64,000 bases of DNA from Leucoraja erinacea (GCF_028641065.1 NC_073392.1:21886001-21950000), one strand, 5' to 3'. Shown: positions 10,851 to 24,874, counted from the first letter of the stretch. Notes: generated by a model from the letters alone, not told the origin. Numbers and translations: made by a program.

Positions 10851-13800
10851 GAGTCATAGTCATAGAGTGATACAGTGTGGAAACAGGCCCCTTTGGCCCA
10901 ACTTGCCCATACCGGCCAACATGACCCAGCTACACTAGTCCCACCTGCCTGTGTTTGGTCCATATCCCTCCAAACCTGTCCTATCCATGTGCCTGTCTTC
11001 TCTTAGATGTTGGGATAGTCCCAGCCTCAACTACCTCCTCTGGCAGCTTGTCCATACATCCACCTTCCTTTGTGCAAAAAAGTTACCCCTCAGATTCCTA
11101 TTAAATCTTTTCCCTTTCACCTTGAACCTATGTCCTCTGGTTCTCGATTCCCCTACTCTGGGAAAGAGATTCTGTGCATCTACCCGATCTATTCCTCTCA
11201 TAATTTTATACACCTCTCTCTATAAGATCACGCTCATCCTCCTGCACTCCAAGGAAGAGACCCAGCCTACTCAACCTGTCCCTATAGCTCACAACTTCTA
11301 GTCCTGGCAACATCCTTGTAAATCTTCTCTGAACACTTTCAAGCATGACAATATCTTTCCAAATGGTGCCCAGAACTGAACGCAATATTCTAAATACGAT
11401 CTCACTAACGTCTTATACAACTGCAACATGACCTACCAACTTCTTTACTTACTACTCTGACTGATGAAGGCCAATGTGCCAAATGCATTTTTGACCATCT
11501 TATTCACCTGCGACTCGACCTTCAAGGAACCATGTACCTGCACGCTTAGATCCCTCTGCTCCACAACACTCCCCAAGATTGGTACATGTCCCTATCATTC
11601 ACTGTATAGGTCGTGCCCTTGTTAGACATCCCAAAATGCAACTCACATTTCGCTGTGTTAAAGCCCATCAACCATTCCTCAGCCCACCTGGCCAATTGAT
11701 CAAGTTCCTGCTGCAATCTTTCACAACCATCTTCATGATCTGCAAAACCACCCACATTTGTATCATCAGCAAATTTGCTAATCTTGAAGAAGGGTCTGAA
11801 GAAGGGTTTCGGCCCAAAATGTTGCCTATTTCCTTCGCTCCATAGATGCTGCTGCACCCGCTGAGTTTCTCCAGCAATTTTGTGTACCTTTGCTAATCTT
11901 GTCCTATGTTCTCATCCAAATCATGATAAACAGTAACGGGCCCAGCACTGAACCATGAGACACACCACAAGTCACAAGCGTCCAGTCCGATAAGTAACCT
12001 TCCACCATCACCCACTGCTTCCTTCCATGAATCCAATTTGCTATTCATTCAGCTATCTCTCCCTTGATCCCATGCAATCTAACCTTCCACGGCAGCCTTC
12101 CATGCAGAACCTTGTTGAATGCCTTACTGAAATCCATGTATACAACAACTACAGCTTTGCCCTCATCGACCTTTTTGGTCACGTCTTCAAAAAACTCAAT
12201 CAGATTTGTGAGACACGACCTCCCACGTCCAAATCCATGCTGACTATCCCAAATCAGCTCTTGCCCATCCAAATGCATGTATAACCTATCCCTCAGAATA
12301 CCCTCTAGTAACTTTCCAACTACAGATGTTAAGCCTCCTGGCCTGTAGTTCCCATCATTTCCCCTGCAACCCTTCTTGAAAAGAGGCACAACATTTTCCG
12401 CCCTCCAGTCTTCCGGCACCTCTCCTGTATTTAAGAACGACTCGTAAATTTCAACCAAGGCTCCTCTCTAGTTTCCCACAATGCCCGAGGTGACCACTTT
12501 GATTCCAAGAGGTCCCACTATCTCTCTAGTTACCCTTTTCCCCCATAAGTATTTATAAAATCTTTTGGGGTTATCCTTAATGCTACCCACCAGAGTTATC
12601 TACTGGCCCTTTTTTACCCTTCTGATTTTGTTTTTCATTTTACTCCTTAGTTCCCGAAACTCCTCCAGGGACGCACTTAATCCCAGCTTCCAATACCTGG
12701 CCCATGCATCCTTCTTGTTTGTTGACCAATTTCCCTTGTCAGCCAAGCTTCTTTACATTTGCCTGCTTTGCCCTTCACTCTAACAGGGACGTATACATAT
12801 CCTGAGCTTTTGTCAGCACATTTTTAAAAACATCCCACTTGGTCGATGTTCCTTTCCCCTCAAATAACCTGCTCCAGTCAACAAGCGAGCCCTTCTCTCA
12901 TACCCTCAAAGTTGGCCTTACCCCAGTTGAGCATTTTAACACATGGGCCCTCTCTGTCCCTGTCCATAAATATCTTAAACTTAATCGAACTGTGGTCACT
13001 GGTCCCAAAAGGCGCCTCCACAAACACTTCATTAACTTGCTCTTCCCAATATCCCAATTCTAGATCCAGTGTTTCCCTCTCATGTGTGGGGGCATCTACA
13101 TACTGTTTGAGATAACTCTCCTGAACACTTTTATAGACAATAGACAATAGGTGCAGGAGTAGGCCATTCGGCCCTCCGAGCCAGCACCGCCATTAAATGT
13201 GATCATGGCTGATCATCTCCAATCAGTACCCCGTTCCTGCCTTCTCCCCATATCCACTGACTCCGCTATTTGTAAGAGCCCTATCTAGCTCTCTCTTGAA
13301 AGCATCCAGAGAACCTGCCTCCACCACCCTCTGAGGCAGAGAATTTGTTCCATATCTCTCTGTATCATCGTCTATATCTCTCGTTTTGATTAGTTTTGAG
13401 GAATTGCACCTCATTTAAACCCAACACACTATCCCAGTGTATATTGGCAAAGTTAAAATCCCCTACTACAACAACATTATTTGACCTGCAGCTGCCTGCA
13501 ATCTCCTGGTATATTTGTTCTTCTAATTCCCATTGACTATTTGGGTGTCTGTAGTGCACCCCAAACTAGGTGATCATCCCTTTCTTATAACCATATAACC
13601 ATATAACAATTACAGCACGGAAACAGGCCATCTCGGCCCTACAAGTCCGTGTCGAACAACTTTTTTCCCTTAGTCCCACCTGCCTGCACTCATACCATAA
13701 CCCTCCATTCCCTTCTCATCCATATTTATTTTTAAATGATACAATGATTCTTGTTCCTCAGCTCCACCCATATAGCCTTACTAGACAAACCGTCCGCAAT

Positions 13801-14350
13801 GTCACCTCTGACCATAGCTGTGACATAGAAACATAGAAAATAGGTGCAGGAGTAGGTCATTCGGCCCTTCGAGCCTGCACCGCCATTCAATATGATCACG
13901 GCTGATCATCCAACTCAGTATCCTGTACCTGCTTTCTCTCCATACCCCCTGATCCCTTTAGCCACAAGGGCGACATCTAACTCCATCTTAAATATTGCCA
14001 ATGAACTGGCCTCAACTACATCCTCCTTAACCAACAACAATGCAACCCCTCCTCCTCTTTTTCCCCTCACCCTGTCTCTTATGAAGCTCCTGTACCCTGG
14101 AACATTGAGCTGCCAGTCCTGCCCCTCCCTTAACCAGGTTTCAGTAATGGCTACAACGTCCCATCGCTCGTACCTATCCATGCCTCAAGCTCATCTGCCT
14201 GACCTGTCAGACCCCTTGCATTAAAATACATGCAGTTTAAACCAACCCTCCTTCCTCGCTCTCCGCCTTTCACCTGCATATTATGTCCACTAACCTTTCC
14301 CTCACCACCCTCCATACCAACTTCTAACCTCTCACCTGCATCTGTCCTGT
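10851..14350 (-). mobile_element. Long decayed CR1 LINE (endonuclease through 3' tail) with four nested insertions
   Basis: Endonuclease motifs CMYFNARGL, VAITETWL, VGDFNF; RT motifs NYRP, QHGF, DFSKAF, KFADD. Inserts at 11787-11888, ~13133-13345, ~13587-13745 and ~13823-14020. Confidence 0.88.
11787..11888 (+). mobile_element. Solo Penelope terminal-repeat fragment with 13-bp TSD
   Basis: TSD tttgctaatcttg at 11774-11786 and 11889-11901. Confidence 0.75.
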
Positions 14351-14599
14351 ATGAGAACCCACCCCCCTGCCAAGGTGAACATCCAGCCAAAACACAAAAC
14401 CCTGAGCTACAGCCTTCAGGTGGATCATCGCCATGAGTTGAGCATGAAAGTTCCTAAGAATATTTCTCTGCAACAACTTTGGAGAAACCATTTTGACAGC
14501 TTCACTTCAAACCTTCTTGGTAAATTATTAATTCATGCCACATTTTCCAGATGTGATTAGTATTGATTAATGTGACTAGGAAGATTGCAGAGGGTATGC

Positions 14600-15150
14600 A
14601 AAATTGTGTTGTTTTTGACAGTGAGGAGGTTCATCTTCAGTTACAGAATTATATTGATGTTGGTAAGATGTGTGAAGTAATAGTAGACAAATATGTGAAC
14701 TGATGTACTTAGTAAGGACGGACAATGTTAGGCCATACACAATGAATGAGAGACTCCGAGGAAGTTTTGGGGAAAAGAGGAGGCCTTGGCATACATGTTC
14801 AAGGAACCTTGCAGGCAGTAGTACTATAGATGAGAAGGCATACACGAGACATTCATTCATCTGTGGGCAGACATGTTGCCATTGTGTGCTGATCTAGTTG
14901 CCATACTGTGGAAAGGTTGTGATTGCAATGGAGTGGGTGTAATGAAGATTCACTAGGATTCTACCTGCAGTGGAGCTTTTCAATTATGAAGAGAAACTGG
15001 ATAGGTTTGGTTGCATTCCCTGGAGCAACCAAAGCTAAGGAAAAACCTGACTAAAGTATATGATTAAAAGGGGCATAAACAGGGTAGACTTTTTTTCCTC
15101 AGTGGAGACGTCTACAATCAGAGGAAACAGGTTTAAGGTAATGAGTGTAA
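14600..15150 (+). mobile_element. Old CR1 fragment
   Basis: Degenerate similarity to the CR1 ORF2 C-terminus (MIKRGINRVD...RGNRFKV). Confidence 0.55.
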
Positions 15151-15599
15151 GATACTGTGTGTACCCAAGCTCTTTCTGTTGTTACAAGACTGGCATCCAT
15201 GTGATAATGTGGAAAATTGCCCAAGATTCACTGGAAGTAGAATAGACATATATCACCTAGTCAGAGTGCTCTCGATCATTTTCAAAGTGATGGAAAGTGT
15301 TGTCAACAGTGCAATTAAGCAATTAAAAATTATTTGCGAATAATCTGCTTTTTGATGTCTAGTTTAGGTTTGTCCAGATTTACATGGATCTGAATTTCAT
15401 CACTGACTTGGGTCAAATGTGACCAAGACTGTGATTAAGAGTTGAGAACAGAATGACTGCACTTGTCAAAGGAGCACATTACCAAAAGTGGCATTGAGGA
15501 ATTGCTGTAAAACTGAACTGAAATTAAAGTGAAAACACTAATTTTTGGTGGCACAATTTACAAATAAGAAAATAATTTTTGGAAGTCAATCATTAAAAT

Positions 15600-15905
15600 C
15601 AAAGAGAGATACAGTATGGAAACAAGCCTCCAAATCCTTGCTGACCATCAACCACCCATTTACACTAGCCCATTTTAATATCCCCACATCATTTTCAACA
15701 CTCCCTAGATTTTACCACTCACCTACATACTATGGGCAATTTACAGTGGGCAATTGACACCGTGTGTCTTTGGGATCCGAGAGGAAATTGGAGCACCTGC
15801 AGAAAACCCATGCAATCACTTGGAGAACACAGGCAACTCCAGAGGTCAGGATCAAACCCAAGATTCTGGCGCTGTGAGGCACTGGCTGTACTAGCTGTGC
15901 CACCC
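15600..15905 (-). mobile_element. HE1-like V-SINE
   Basis: Reverse complement resembles 48280-48575 (tRNA-like head, V-domain, CR1-like tail). Confidence 0.7.
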
Positions 15906-16504
15906 TAGTCCCAGAATGTCATTGCAGGAATTCATCTGGACAGTGTCCTAGAATTAACCTTGTTTAGCTGTTTCAACCATAGCCTTTCTGCCTTAATAAA
16001 ATTGGAAGCCTTGATGTTCATTTATAATTGCATAATTCTCAATTCCATTCATAATGACTCAGAACCTGGATAACATTCAGGCAGGGTCTCATATTCATAT
16101 CCTAATTGCACTAGGCACTGATCAAGGCAAGAGAGTCTATCAACCAGTTTGATATCCAATAACAGTACCATTGCCACAGTTCCCCAAACCAACAAGCTAT
16201 GGGGACACCATTGATTAGAAACTCAGCTCGATCAGCCATATGAACACAATTGCTCCAACAGTTTATCAGAGCAAGTAATTCACCCTCAATGCTTCAGATA
16301 CTTTCCACCTTCTCCAAAAGAAAAGTGTGATTTTCCACTTGTTTAATGAGAGCATTTTAACAACACTCAAGACGATTGACATCATCCAGGACAAAGCAGC
16401 CTGCTGCACAAGCACTGGATCATGTCCCTTAATAATTAATTTCCTCCACACATTGCTGCAGTGTATGCCATTTACTAAATGCACCTGCCTAGGCTGTTAT
16501 CGAA

Positions 16505-17020
16505 TATAGAACAGAACAGTGTTCAGCACAATGTTTGTACTGAACATGATGCCAAGCTAAACTGATCTCAACTGCCTGTACATGATCCATATCCGTCCAG
16601 TCCCTGCACTCCATGCCTCTTAAACACCACAATTGTATTTGCCTCCACTATCCCTGGCAGTGTGTTCCAGATCCCCATCAATCTCTGGGTAAAAAACCTG
16701 CTCCACATATCTCCATTAAACTTTCCCCCTCTCACCTTATTGCTATGCCCTCTGATGCTGGGTATTTCTACCCTGGGAAAAAGGTTCTGACTGTCTACCC
16801 TATCTATGCCTCTCATAATTTTATATAATTCTATCAAGTTTCCCCTCAACCTTTGACGTTCCAGAGAAAACACCCAAGTCTATCCAACCTCTGAAACTCT
16901 CTAATCCAGGCAGCATTCTGGTAAACTTCCTCTGCATCCCCTCCAAAGCCTCCACATCCTTCCTGTAAATGGGGCAACCAGAACTGCATGAAATACTCCA
17001 AATGCTCATTTGAAGCATAG
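16505..17020 (-). mobile_element. CR1 3' fragment
   Basis: ORFs 16568-16873 and 16821-17018 carry CR1 C-terminal motifs. Confidence 0.85.
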
Positions 17021-18107
17021 CAAAAGCTAGTTAATGCAATCAAAGTTAACTTCACCACAGATAACAACATTCTGTTCTTTAACATTTTATGTGCTAATCC
17101 TAGTATGGCCTTGCAGAATATATCTAACTATTTAAGATGAATGCCAAACACACCCACTGTATTCTGTTAAATGTATCAAGTTTCCTGATGTATTCCATTT
17201 GCACCATTTCTATTATATTCTCTTGAGTCCTTTTTTACATGTTATTGCTTCCTTTATTATTCAGGGATACACTCTTTTTGCATTATGTTGTACTACATTA
17301 TGTTGTACCAGTTAAATCAGGGAAACGTATTGAGGCTGAATGTGACTCCCTCAGTCTGAAACACATAGTTATCCATTCAGCACAGTGCCTTAAGATCATA
17401 TAGACAGAACAACAATTGTACTTCACATCTATACACGTACACTACACCACAGTACACTACAGCTTAAGAAATGTGGGAATACATGTATGAGTGCATATTG
17501 TGTGTATGATGGTCAAATAGTATTTGTGGGTAACAGCATTAAGCTTAATGAAATATACATGTATAAATCCTTAAATATTTTTTCTGGAGTAGGATCACAG
17601 AGCAAACCACTCATGGTATTTAGCACACTGCCCACCTGCTACCATTTAATTCCTGCATTCCACACTCCCTTCTGCTACCTCATAAATGAGGTTTGAATTA
17701 CGGGTGTCAAATCCCTGCCTAACTAATAATCCATTGCAGCTATGAAAGTATAAAGCTCCTGACTCAGTTACAGCAGTAATGTTGAACAGAACTCAGGTCT
17801 CCTTTTAAAGCTGGAGCCTTAACATGAATTAGTGCAGTACTTGCTCTTAGCATGCAGTAATAAAGGCATCAAGGTGAAGGACATTTTAAATGTGCTCACA
17901 GTTTTGCATAAGGAGCAAGGTAGAAATAATAATCTAATGAGACTGAGACAGACTTCTCTGGTGTACCACATGTGCATGCACATTTGCTGAGCTAAATAAT
18001 TTCTATGCTACCTTTTAGTTTAGATAGGACAAGAGGGGAGAGATGTTGTGTTGTCTGTGCGTTGACAGGATTAATTGGGTCAAGTTAGTCAATTAGTGGA
18101 TTTAATA

Positions 18108-18179
18108 GGTACACAAAAAAGCTGGAGAAACTCAGCGGGTGCAGCAGCATCTATGGAGCGAAGGAAATAGGCCATTCCA
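18108..18179 (-). mobile_element. 72-bp Penelope terminal-repeat insert with 14-bp TSD
   Basis: TSD tagtggatttaata at 18094-18107 and 18180-18193. Confidence 0.75.
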
Positions 18180-18913
18180 TAGTGGATTTAATACATTCTT
18201 CATGTACAATCACAAATCAGGGCAAGAGGCAACAAGATCCAAATTACACAAATTCCATCAAACCAATGCGGCTGGATTTGAATGACAGGAGCATTGGGCA
18301 TGAGATGTCTTTGATTGAGAAGACATGGAACCTAATGTTGATTTGTTGCATTATAATGTAGCTCAAGCAAGTATTAACTGTACATGAGCATGGTTTTCGT
18401 ATTCTGTAAGTGTCAAGCATATGTATGTGCTTGCTGGGGTTGAAGTTTCTAGGGGGAGAGTTGGGGAAATGATGGGGTGGGTAAAAAGAAACGATGCAGG
18501 AGAATGGAAGATGCAAATATGTTTTGTCATCTACTGTATATTCCATCAAAATACATGGTGCAGTGAAATGTATTTGATTCTTCAAAGATGCTTGGTCTTT
18601 TGACAAATGCAACTCTAAATGCACCAATGCTGCAGCAAATGATTCAATCTGCTCTCAATAACTCTGATGCAGAGTTTCAGTCCTTCAGTTAACATGATCT
18701 TGACTCCTCCAGCTTGTCTCTTGGTTAAGTACAGTAATTCAGTAATTGCTGAGTAAGTGAGTTCACTGTGTCTGTCAGTCAACCTACAACATGGTCATCC
18801 GTAATGCTATAGGTAGGAGTGAACATACAGCAGTCTCATTACATTTACAAGTTTTGTTTTTTAAATAATAAACATGAGGTCATCCCTTGTTCATTACTAT
18901 ACTGACCCTAGAA

Positions 18914-19082
18914 CTGGCCAAATTTTGTGTCTTCCACCACAGTGATGAATGCTGTGGTGGATGTTTGTGTTAGATTTCTATTGTGTATTGTGTGTTCTTT
19001 CTCATTGTATCACTGCTGACATATTCATTTCACTTGCACTTTATGTGCAATGTGACGAATAAACCCGTATTGTATTGTATTG
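18914..19082 (+). mobile_element. 5'-truncated copy of the element ending at 63756
   Basis: Near-identical to 63586-63756, including the (gtatt)n tail. Confidence 0.85.
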
Positions 19083-19319
19083 AAATGAGAGGGTCGAAGA
19101 TAAAATCCATTCTCACTGCTGATTCAACTGATGCCAACCTTTCAAGGATGGAGGTTGTAGCTGAATTCCGCATGCCTTGTTCAAGAGAAGGTTAGTCAAG
19201 ATTCCTTTCCTGATTCCATTCCAACAAGCTTGCTACAATGTGGAGGCGTGAGAATCAAGTTAGGGTCTACCGTGATTGCCCCCACAGTCAAATAGACTGC
19301 TAGTTCACAATATGGTTCA

Positions 19320-19641
19320 CAACATCATCAAGGACCCACACCATCCTGGCCACACACTCATCTCTCCACTGCCATCAGGTAGAAAGTACAGGAGCCTGAA
19401 ATCTGGTACATCCAGCTTCAGGAACAGCTTCTTCCCCACAGCCATCAGGTTGTTAAACTCCCCATCAAACAAACTGAACTGTAACAGCCTATTGTACCAT
19501 CTGTTTATTTATGTGTATTTATATGGTCTATGCTATATAGACACACTGAACTGTTCTGTATTTATGCTTACAATATTCTGTTGTACTGCAGCAAGCAAGA
19601 ATTTCATTGTCCTATCTGGGACACATGACAATAAACTCTCT
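19320..19641 (+). mobile_element. Rex1/Babar LINE 3' fragment
   Basis: IIKDPHHPGHTLISPLPSGRKYRSL...RNSFFPTAIRLLN; tail catgacaataaa. Confidence 0.8.
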
Positions 19642-20878
19642 TAGAAACATAGAAAACAGGTGCAGGAGAAGGCCATTCGGCCCTTCGAGCCAGCACCACC
19701 ATTCATTGTGACCATGGCTGATCGTCCCCAATCAATAACCCGTGCCTGCCTTCTCCCCATATCCCTTGATTCCACCAGCCCCTAGAGCTCTATCTAACTC
19801 TCTCTTAAATCCATCCAGTGATTTGGCCTCTGCTGCCCTCTGTGGCAGGGAATTCCACAAATTCACAACTCTCTGGGTGAAAAAGTTTTTTCTCACCTCA
19901 GCCTTAAATGGCCTCCCCTTTATTCTGAGACTGGCCCCTGGTTCTGGACTCACCCAACATTGGGAACATTTTTCCTGCATCTAGCTTGTCCAGACCTTTT
20001 ATAATTTTATATGTTTCTATAAGACCCCCCCCCCCCATCCTTCTAAGCTCCAGTGAATACAAATCTTTTCAATCTTTCCTCATATGACAATCCTGCTATC
20101 CCAGGAATCAATCTCATGAACCTATGCTGCACTGCCTCAATCACAAGGATGTCCTTCCTCAAATTAGGAGACCAAAACTGTACACAATACTCCAGATGTG
20201 GTCTTACCAGAGCACTATACAACTGCAGAAGAACCTCTCTACTCCTATACTGAAATCCTTTTGTTATGAAGGTCAACATTCCATTAGCTTTCTTCACTGC
20301 CTGCTGTACCTGCAAGCCAACTTTCAGTGACCTGTGTACAAGGACACCCAGGTCTCGCTGTACCTCCCCCTTACCTAACATAACCCCATTGAGATAATAA
20401 TCTGCCCCCTTGTTTTTGCCACCAAAGTGGATAACCTCACATTTATCTATATTATACTGCATCTGCCTTGCATCTGCCCACACACTCACCCTGTTCAGGT
20501 CATCCTGCAACCTCCTAACATTCTCTTCACAGTTCACACTGCCACCCAGCTTTGTGTTATCCGCAAACTTGCTAGTGTTGCTCCTAATTCCCTCTTCCAA
20601 ATCATTAATATATATAGTAAACAGTTGCGGCCCCAACACCGAGCCTTGCGGCACTCCACTCGCCACTGCCTGCCATTCTGAAAAGGACCCGTTCACTCCT
20701 ACTCTTTGCTTCCTGTCTCCAACCAATTTTCTATCCACGTCAACACCCTACCCCCAATACCAAATACTCTAATTTTAGTCACCAGTCTCCCATGCAGGAC
20801 CTTATCAAAGGCTTTCTGAAAGTCTAGATACACTACATCCACTGGCTCCCGTTCATCCATTTTGTTTGTCACATCCTG
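19642..20878 (-). mobile_element. CR1 (HER1-like) LINE, RT through 3' tail
   Basis: ORF 20043-20738 contains GVPQGSVLGP, KFADN and LVRPHLEYC. Confidence 0.92.
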
Positions 20879-21151
20879 ACTTGACTTGATATGGAAGTGT
20901 GTTATCTGAGCACCTGAAAATTCAGCAAGACTCACAATCTTTGAGAAAGAGGCTGAAAATTCAAGAGGCTATTTCCATCAAACAGAACTCAATCTACTAA
21001 GAGTTGAGATTTATTTTAGTTACACTCTGCACTGTGGTACAAATCTCAGAAGTTTAAATTGCTTACAATTAATATATTAACAAAGCAATTTTTATAATCT
21101 TTACATTGGACAATAGCTATGAAATACCAGTGCATGCCTTGGGTTACTTAC

Positions 21152-21235
21152 CAAGGACTGAAATACCAGCAAACCATATTTCTCCGTGTTGTCATCTAAA
21201 ATTGTAAACAATGTATCTAAAATGTCCTGTAAAAA
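21152..21235 (-). CDS. DOCK3: DOCK3 exon FLQDILDTLFTILDDNTEKYGLLVFQSL
   Basis: 84 nt, polypyrimidine tract, cag|TTT...TTG|gtaagt, phase 0 to 0; translated by hand. Confidence 0.95.
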
Positions 21236-21379
21236 CTGGAAAAGAGAAAAGCGTTAGCTTGGAGATATTCTTCAGTATCACTGATATCCACTGCTTAAGC
21301 ATTTACACTGAAATTAAATCTTTCAGAAATAGGGATATTTTTAAATTCCCTTTTCAAATCAGCCTTCAACATTAAGGAG

Positions 21380-21700
21380 TGAATGAATGAATGAATGAAT
21401 GAATGAATGAATGAATAAGTTTATTGGCCAAGTATTCACATACAAGGAATTTGCCTTGATGCTCTGCCCGCATGTGACAACATGACATACAGTGATAGTT
21501 AGGAAGGACACATAAAACATTAATAATAAAACATTATCGATTAAACATGTGAATTAAATAAGAATTAAATAATGAATTAATAGAGCAAAAGGAGGCTACA
21601 GGTTTTTGGTTATTGAGTAGAGCTACTACTCATGGAAAAAAACTGTTTTTATGTCTGGCTGTGGCAGCTTTGACAATACGGACTGTGGCAGCTTTGATAG
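21380..21700 (-). mobile_element. Rex1/Babar 3' fragment with (ATTC)n tail
   Basis: Minus strand reads VKAATARHKNSFFP*VVALLN; tail aattccttgtatgtgaatacttggccaataaa followed by a microsatellite. Confidence 0.75.
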
Positions 21701-22140
21701 TCAGTGGTTTGATTGTCTCCGCAATGAATTACCCAGTCAACACCCCATCTGATAAAGAATTGCAGAGGCAAAGGAGGATGGTTTCACTTGTGAATGGTGT
21801 CTGCTGGGCACACTACCATTTTTCAATGCATTCTTCAATCTGTGAGATGCTGATATTAACTGCTATCTACTCCATCACTACCTGTGAGGGTATCAACTGA
21901 ATCTACAACTGTAATTTAAATGGTCGCTGCAGTTAATAGCTATTTGGCAGAAGGAGTAGAGGGATACTAGTGCCAGTGAAATCATGACATAATCATTGAC
22001 TTTGGGAGAAAGGTTGTATGGATTAATAATACATAGAGATACAAAGTAAATCATATATACATACAACAGACCAAAGTTTATAAATCTATTCTGAGGGCAT
22101 TATATCTCCTCAATAATTAACGATGCTATCAGATGGTCTT

Positions 22141-23705
22141 ATAACCATATAACCATATAACAATTACAGCACGGAAACAGGCCATCTCGGCCCTACAAGT
22201 CTGTGCCGAACAATTATTTCCCCTTAGTCCCACCTGCCTGCACTCATACCATAACCCTCCATTCCCTTCTCATCCATATGCCTACCCAATTTATTTTTAA
22301 ATGATACCAACGAACCTGTCTCCACCACTTCCACTGGAAGCTCATTCCACACCGCTACCACTCTCTGAGTAAAGAAGTTCCCCCCTCATGTTACCCCTAA
22401 ACTTCTGTCCCTTAATTCTGAAGTCATGTCCTCTTGTTTGAATCTTCCCTATTCTCAAAGGGAAAAGCTTGTCCACATCAACTCTGTCTATCCCTCTCAT
22501 CATTTTAAAGACCACTATCAAGTCCCCCCTTAACCTTCTGCGCTCCAGAGAATAAAGACCTAACTTATTCAACCTTTCTCTGTAACTTAATTGTTGAAAC
22601 CCAGGCAACATTCTAGTAAATCTCCTCTGTACTCTCTCTATTTTGTTGACATCCTTCCTATAATTGCGCGACCAAAATTGTACACCATACTCCAGATTTG
22701 GTCTCACCAATGCCTTGTACAATTTTAACATTACATCCCAGCTTCTATACTCAATGCTCTGATTTATAAAGGCTAGCATACCAAAAGCTTACTTTACCAC
22801 CCTATCTATATGAGATTCCACCTTCAAGGAACTATGCACGGTTATTCCCAGATCCCTCTGTTCAACTGCATTCTTCAATTCCCTACCATTCACCATGTAC
22901 GTCCTATTTTGATTTGTCCTGCCAAGGTGTAGCACCTCACATTTATCAGCATTAAACTCCATCTGCCATCTTTCAGCCCATTCTTCCAAATGGCCTAAAT
23001 CACTCTGTAGACTTTGGAAAACCTCTTCATTATCCACAACACCCCCTATCTTGGTATCATCTGCATATTTACTAATCCAATTTACCACAACTTCATCCAG
23101 ATCATTGATGTACATGACAAACAACAAAGGACCCAACACAGATCCCTGAGGCACCCCACTAGTCACCTGCCTCCAACCCGACAAAGAACCATCCACTATT
23201 ACCCTCTGGCGTCTCCCATTCAGCCACTGTTGAATCCATCTTGCTGCTCCTGCATTTATACCCAACAGTTGAACCTTCTTAACCAACCTTCCATGAGGAA
23301 CCTTGTCAAAGGCCTTACTAAAGTCCATATAGACAACATCCACTGCTTTACCCTCGTCAATTTCCCTAGTAATCTCTTCAAAAAATTCAAGAAGATTAGT
23401 CAAACATGACCTTCCAGGTACAAATCCATGTTGACTGTTCCTAATCAGACCCTGTTTATCCAGATGCTTATATATATTATCTCTAAGTATCTTTTCCATT
23501 AATTTGCCCACCACTGAAGTCAAACTAACAGGTCTATAATTGCTAGGTTTACTCTTAGAACCCTTTTTAAACAATGGAACAACATGCGCAGTACGCCAAT
23601 CCTCGGGGACTATTCCCGTTTCTAATGACATTTGAAATATTTCTGTCATAGCCCCGGCTATTTCTACACTAACTTCCCTCAATGTCCTAGGGAATATCCT
23701 GTCAT
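22141..23705 (-). mobile_element. Young 5'-truncated CR1 LINE with near-intact RT
   Basis: ORFs 22789-23682 (YRPVSLTS, QHGF, YADD) and 22342-22779 are separated by a single stop; (TATATGGT)-type tail. Confidence 0.95.
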
Positions 23706-24059
23706 TGCTACTAGCTTGATGTTAATTTTTGCATCACTTTCCTATCTCTGCAGACAACAGTCAGGTAAATGACTCTTTCCGATGGGAGGGAGGGCAGGTT
23801 GTTCAAAAATGTATTAATTCATTTCAGGAGTAGGGGGGAAGGGTAGTTAGAGGCAGGAGTTTTTGTGATATTACTTCCAGGAACATGATCAAATCCTAGT
23901 CCATTTAATTTTGTACTAATAAATAATTGTTGAAACCCATGCCTTGCATCACAAGCCACCTTTATAATCTCACCTTTTGCTCCATTATATTCAACCACAC
24001 ATTGGGAAAAATCTGTCCAGATCTGAAAAGTCACATTACATAATGTCTTAAAATCAGAT

Positions 24060-24590
24060 CATGCAAAGGTGACAATGAGAGATGGGAAGTAGAGTTGTGA
24101 AGTAAGGGAGGTCAGTGAAATAAAAGGAAATGTGTGCAGAGCAAAAGGGAAAGATGACAGCAGGGGGAAGAAAGAAAGAATAGGTGCAGGTTGAGATGGA
24201 GAATTGGGGAGAATGGGACAGAGTGGGAAATGAGAAAGAGTAGGAAAGGAGAGTGGGTGAAAAGGGGGATTGGAAAAAGGGGAATGGAAAGGGAGGGAGA
24301 ATGAAAGGGAGCAGCAGGAAGGGTAAGAAGGCATGGGGTCCAGCAAAGGAGGGAAAGAGCAGAAAGAGGACCAGAGCAAAAAAAAGGGGAGAGTGAAGAG
24401 GGAAAGATGAGTCAGTGCAGAGAGGGGAGGAGGGGATGGGGAAAGTGCAGAGAAAATGAGCAGAGTTGCAAGTCAGAGTAATAGTGATGGGATATCGACA
24501 GTATGTAAATTTGCCAACAGGAGAAATATGGGGAGGAAATGAGAGGACAGAAATTAATAGAGAGCAATGGCAAGAAGAGAAATTGGGGAA
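24060..24590. repeat. Purine-rich low-complexity tract (pyrimidine-rich on the DOCK3 sense strand)
   Basis: GA-rich composition with no coding signal. Confidence 0.7.
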
Positions 24591-24684
24591 AATAAGGTTC
24601 AACATATGTTATTTGAATGAGATCCAGGATTTCACAATTATCTCTGGGTATACTACTGTAAACATGATCACAACATTGACTTAC

Positions 24685-24782
24685 TTTAACTATTTCTTCA
24701 CCGTTGACATGTCTCAACCTTCCCAGGATATCCATCACTCTGTCTGGCTGTGCTTTCCACTTCAAAAGGGCAAGGAGGTCAA
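24685..24782 (-). CDS. DOCK3: DOCK3 exon (V)DLLALLKWKAQPDRVMDILGRLRHVNGEEIVK
   Basis: 98 nt, tag|TT...AAA|gtaagt, phase 1 to 0. Confidence 0.96.
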
Positions 24783-24874
24783 CTAAACCCAATCAGAGAT
24801 AAGCCATTACAAAGCAAAATGCATATTGCTCAATAGTGTAACAAATCCCAAACTTCAATTGTAACTTCTCAGAT

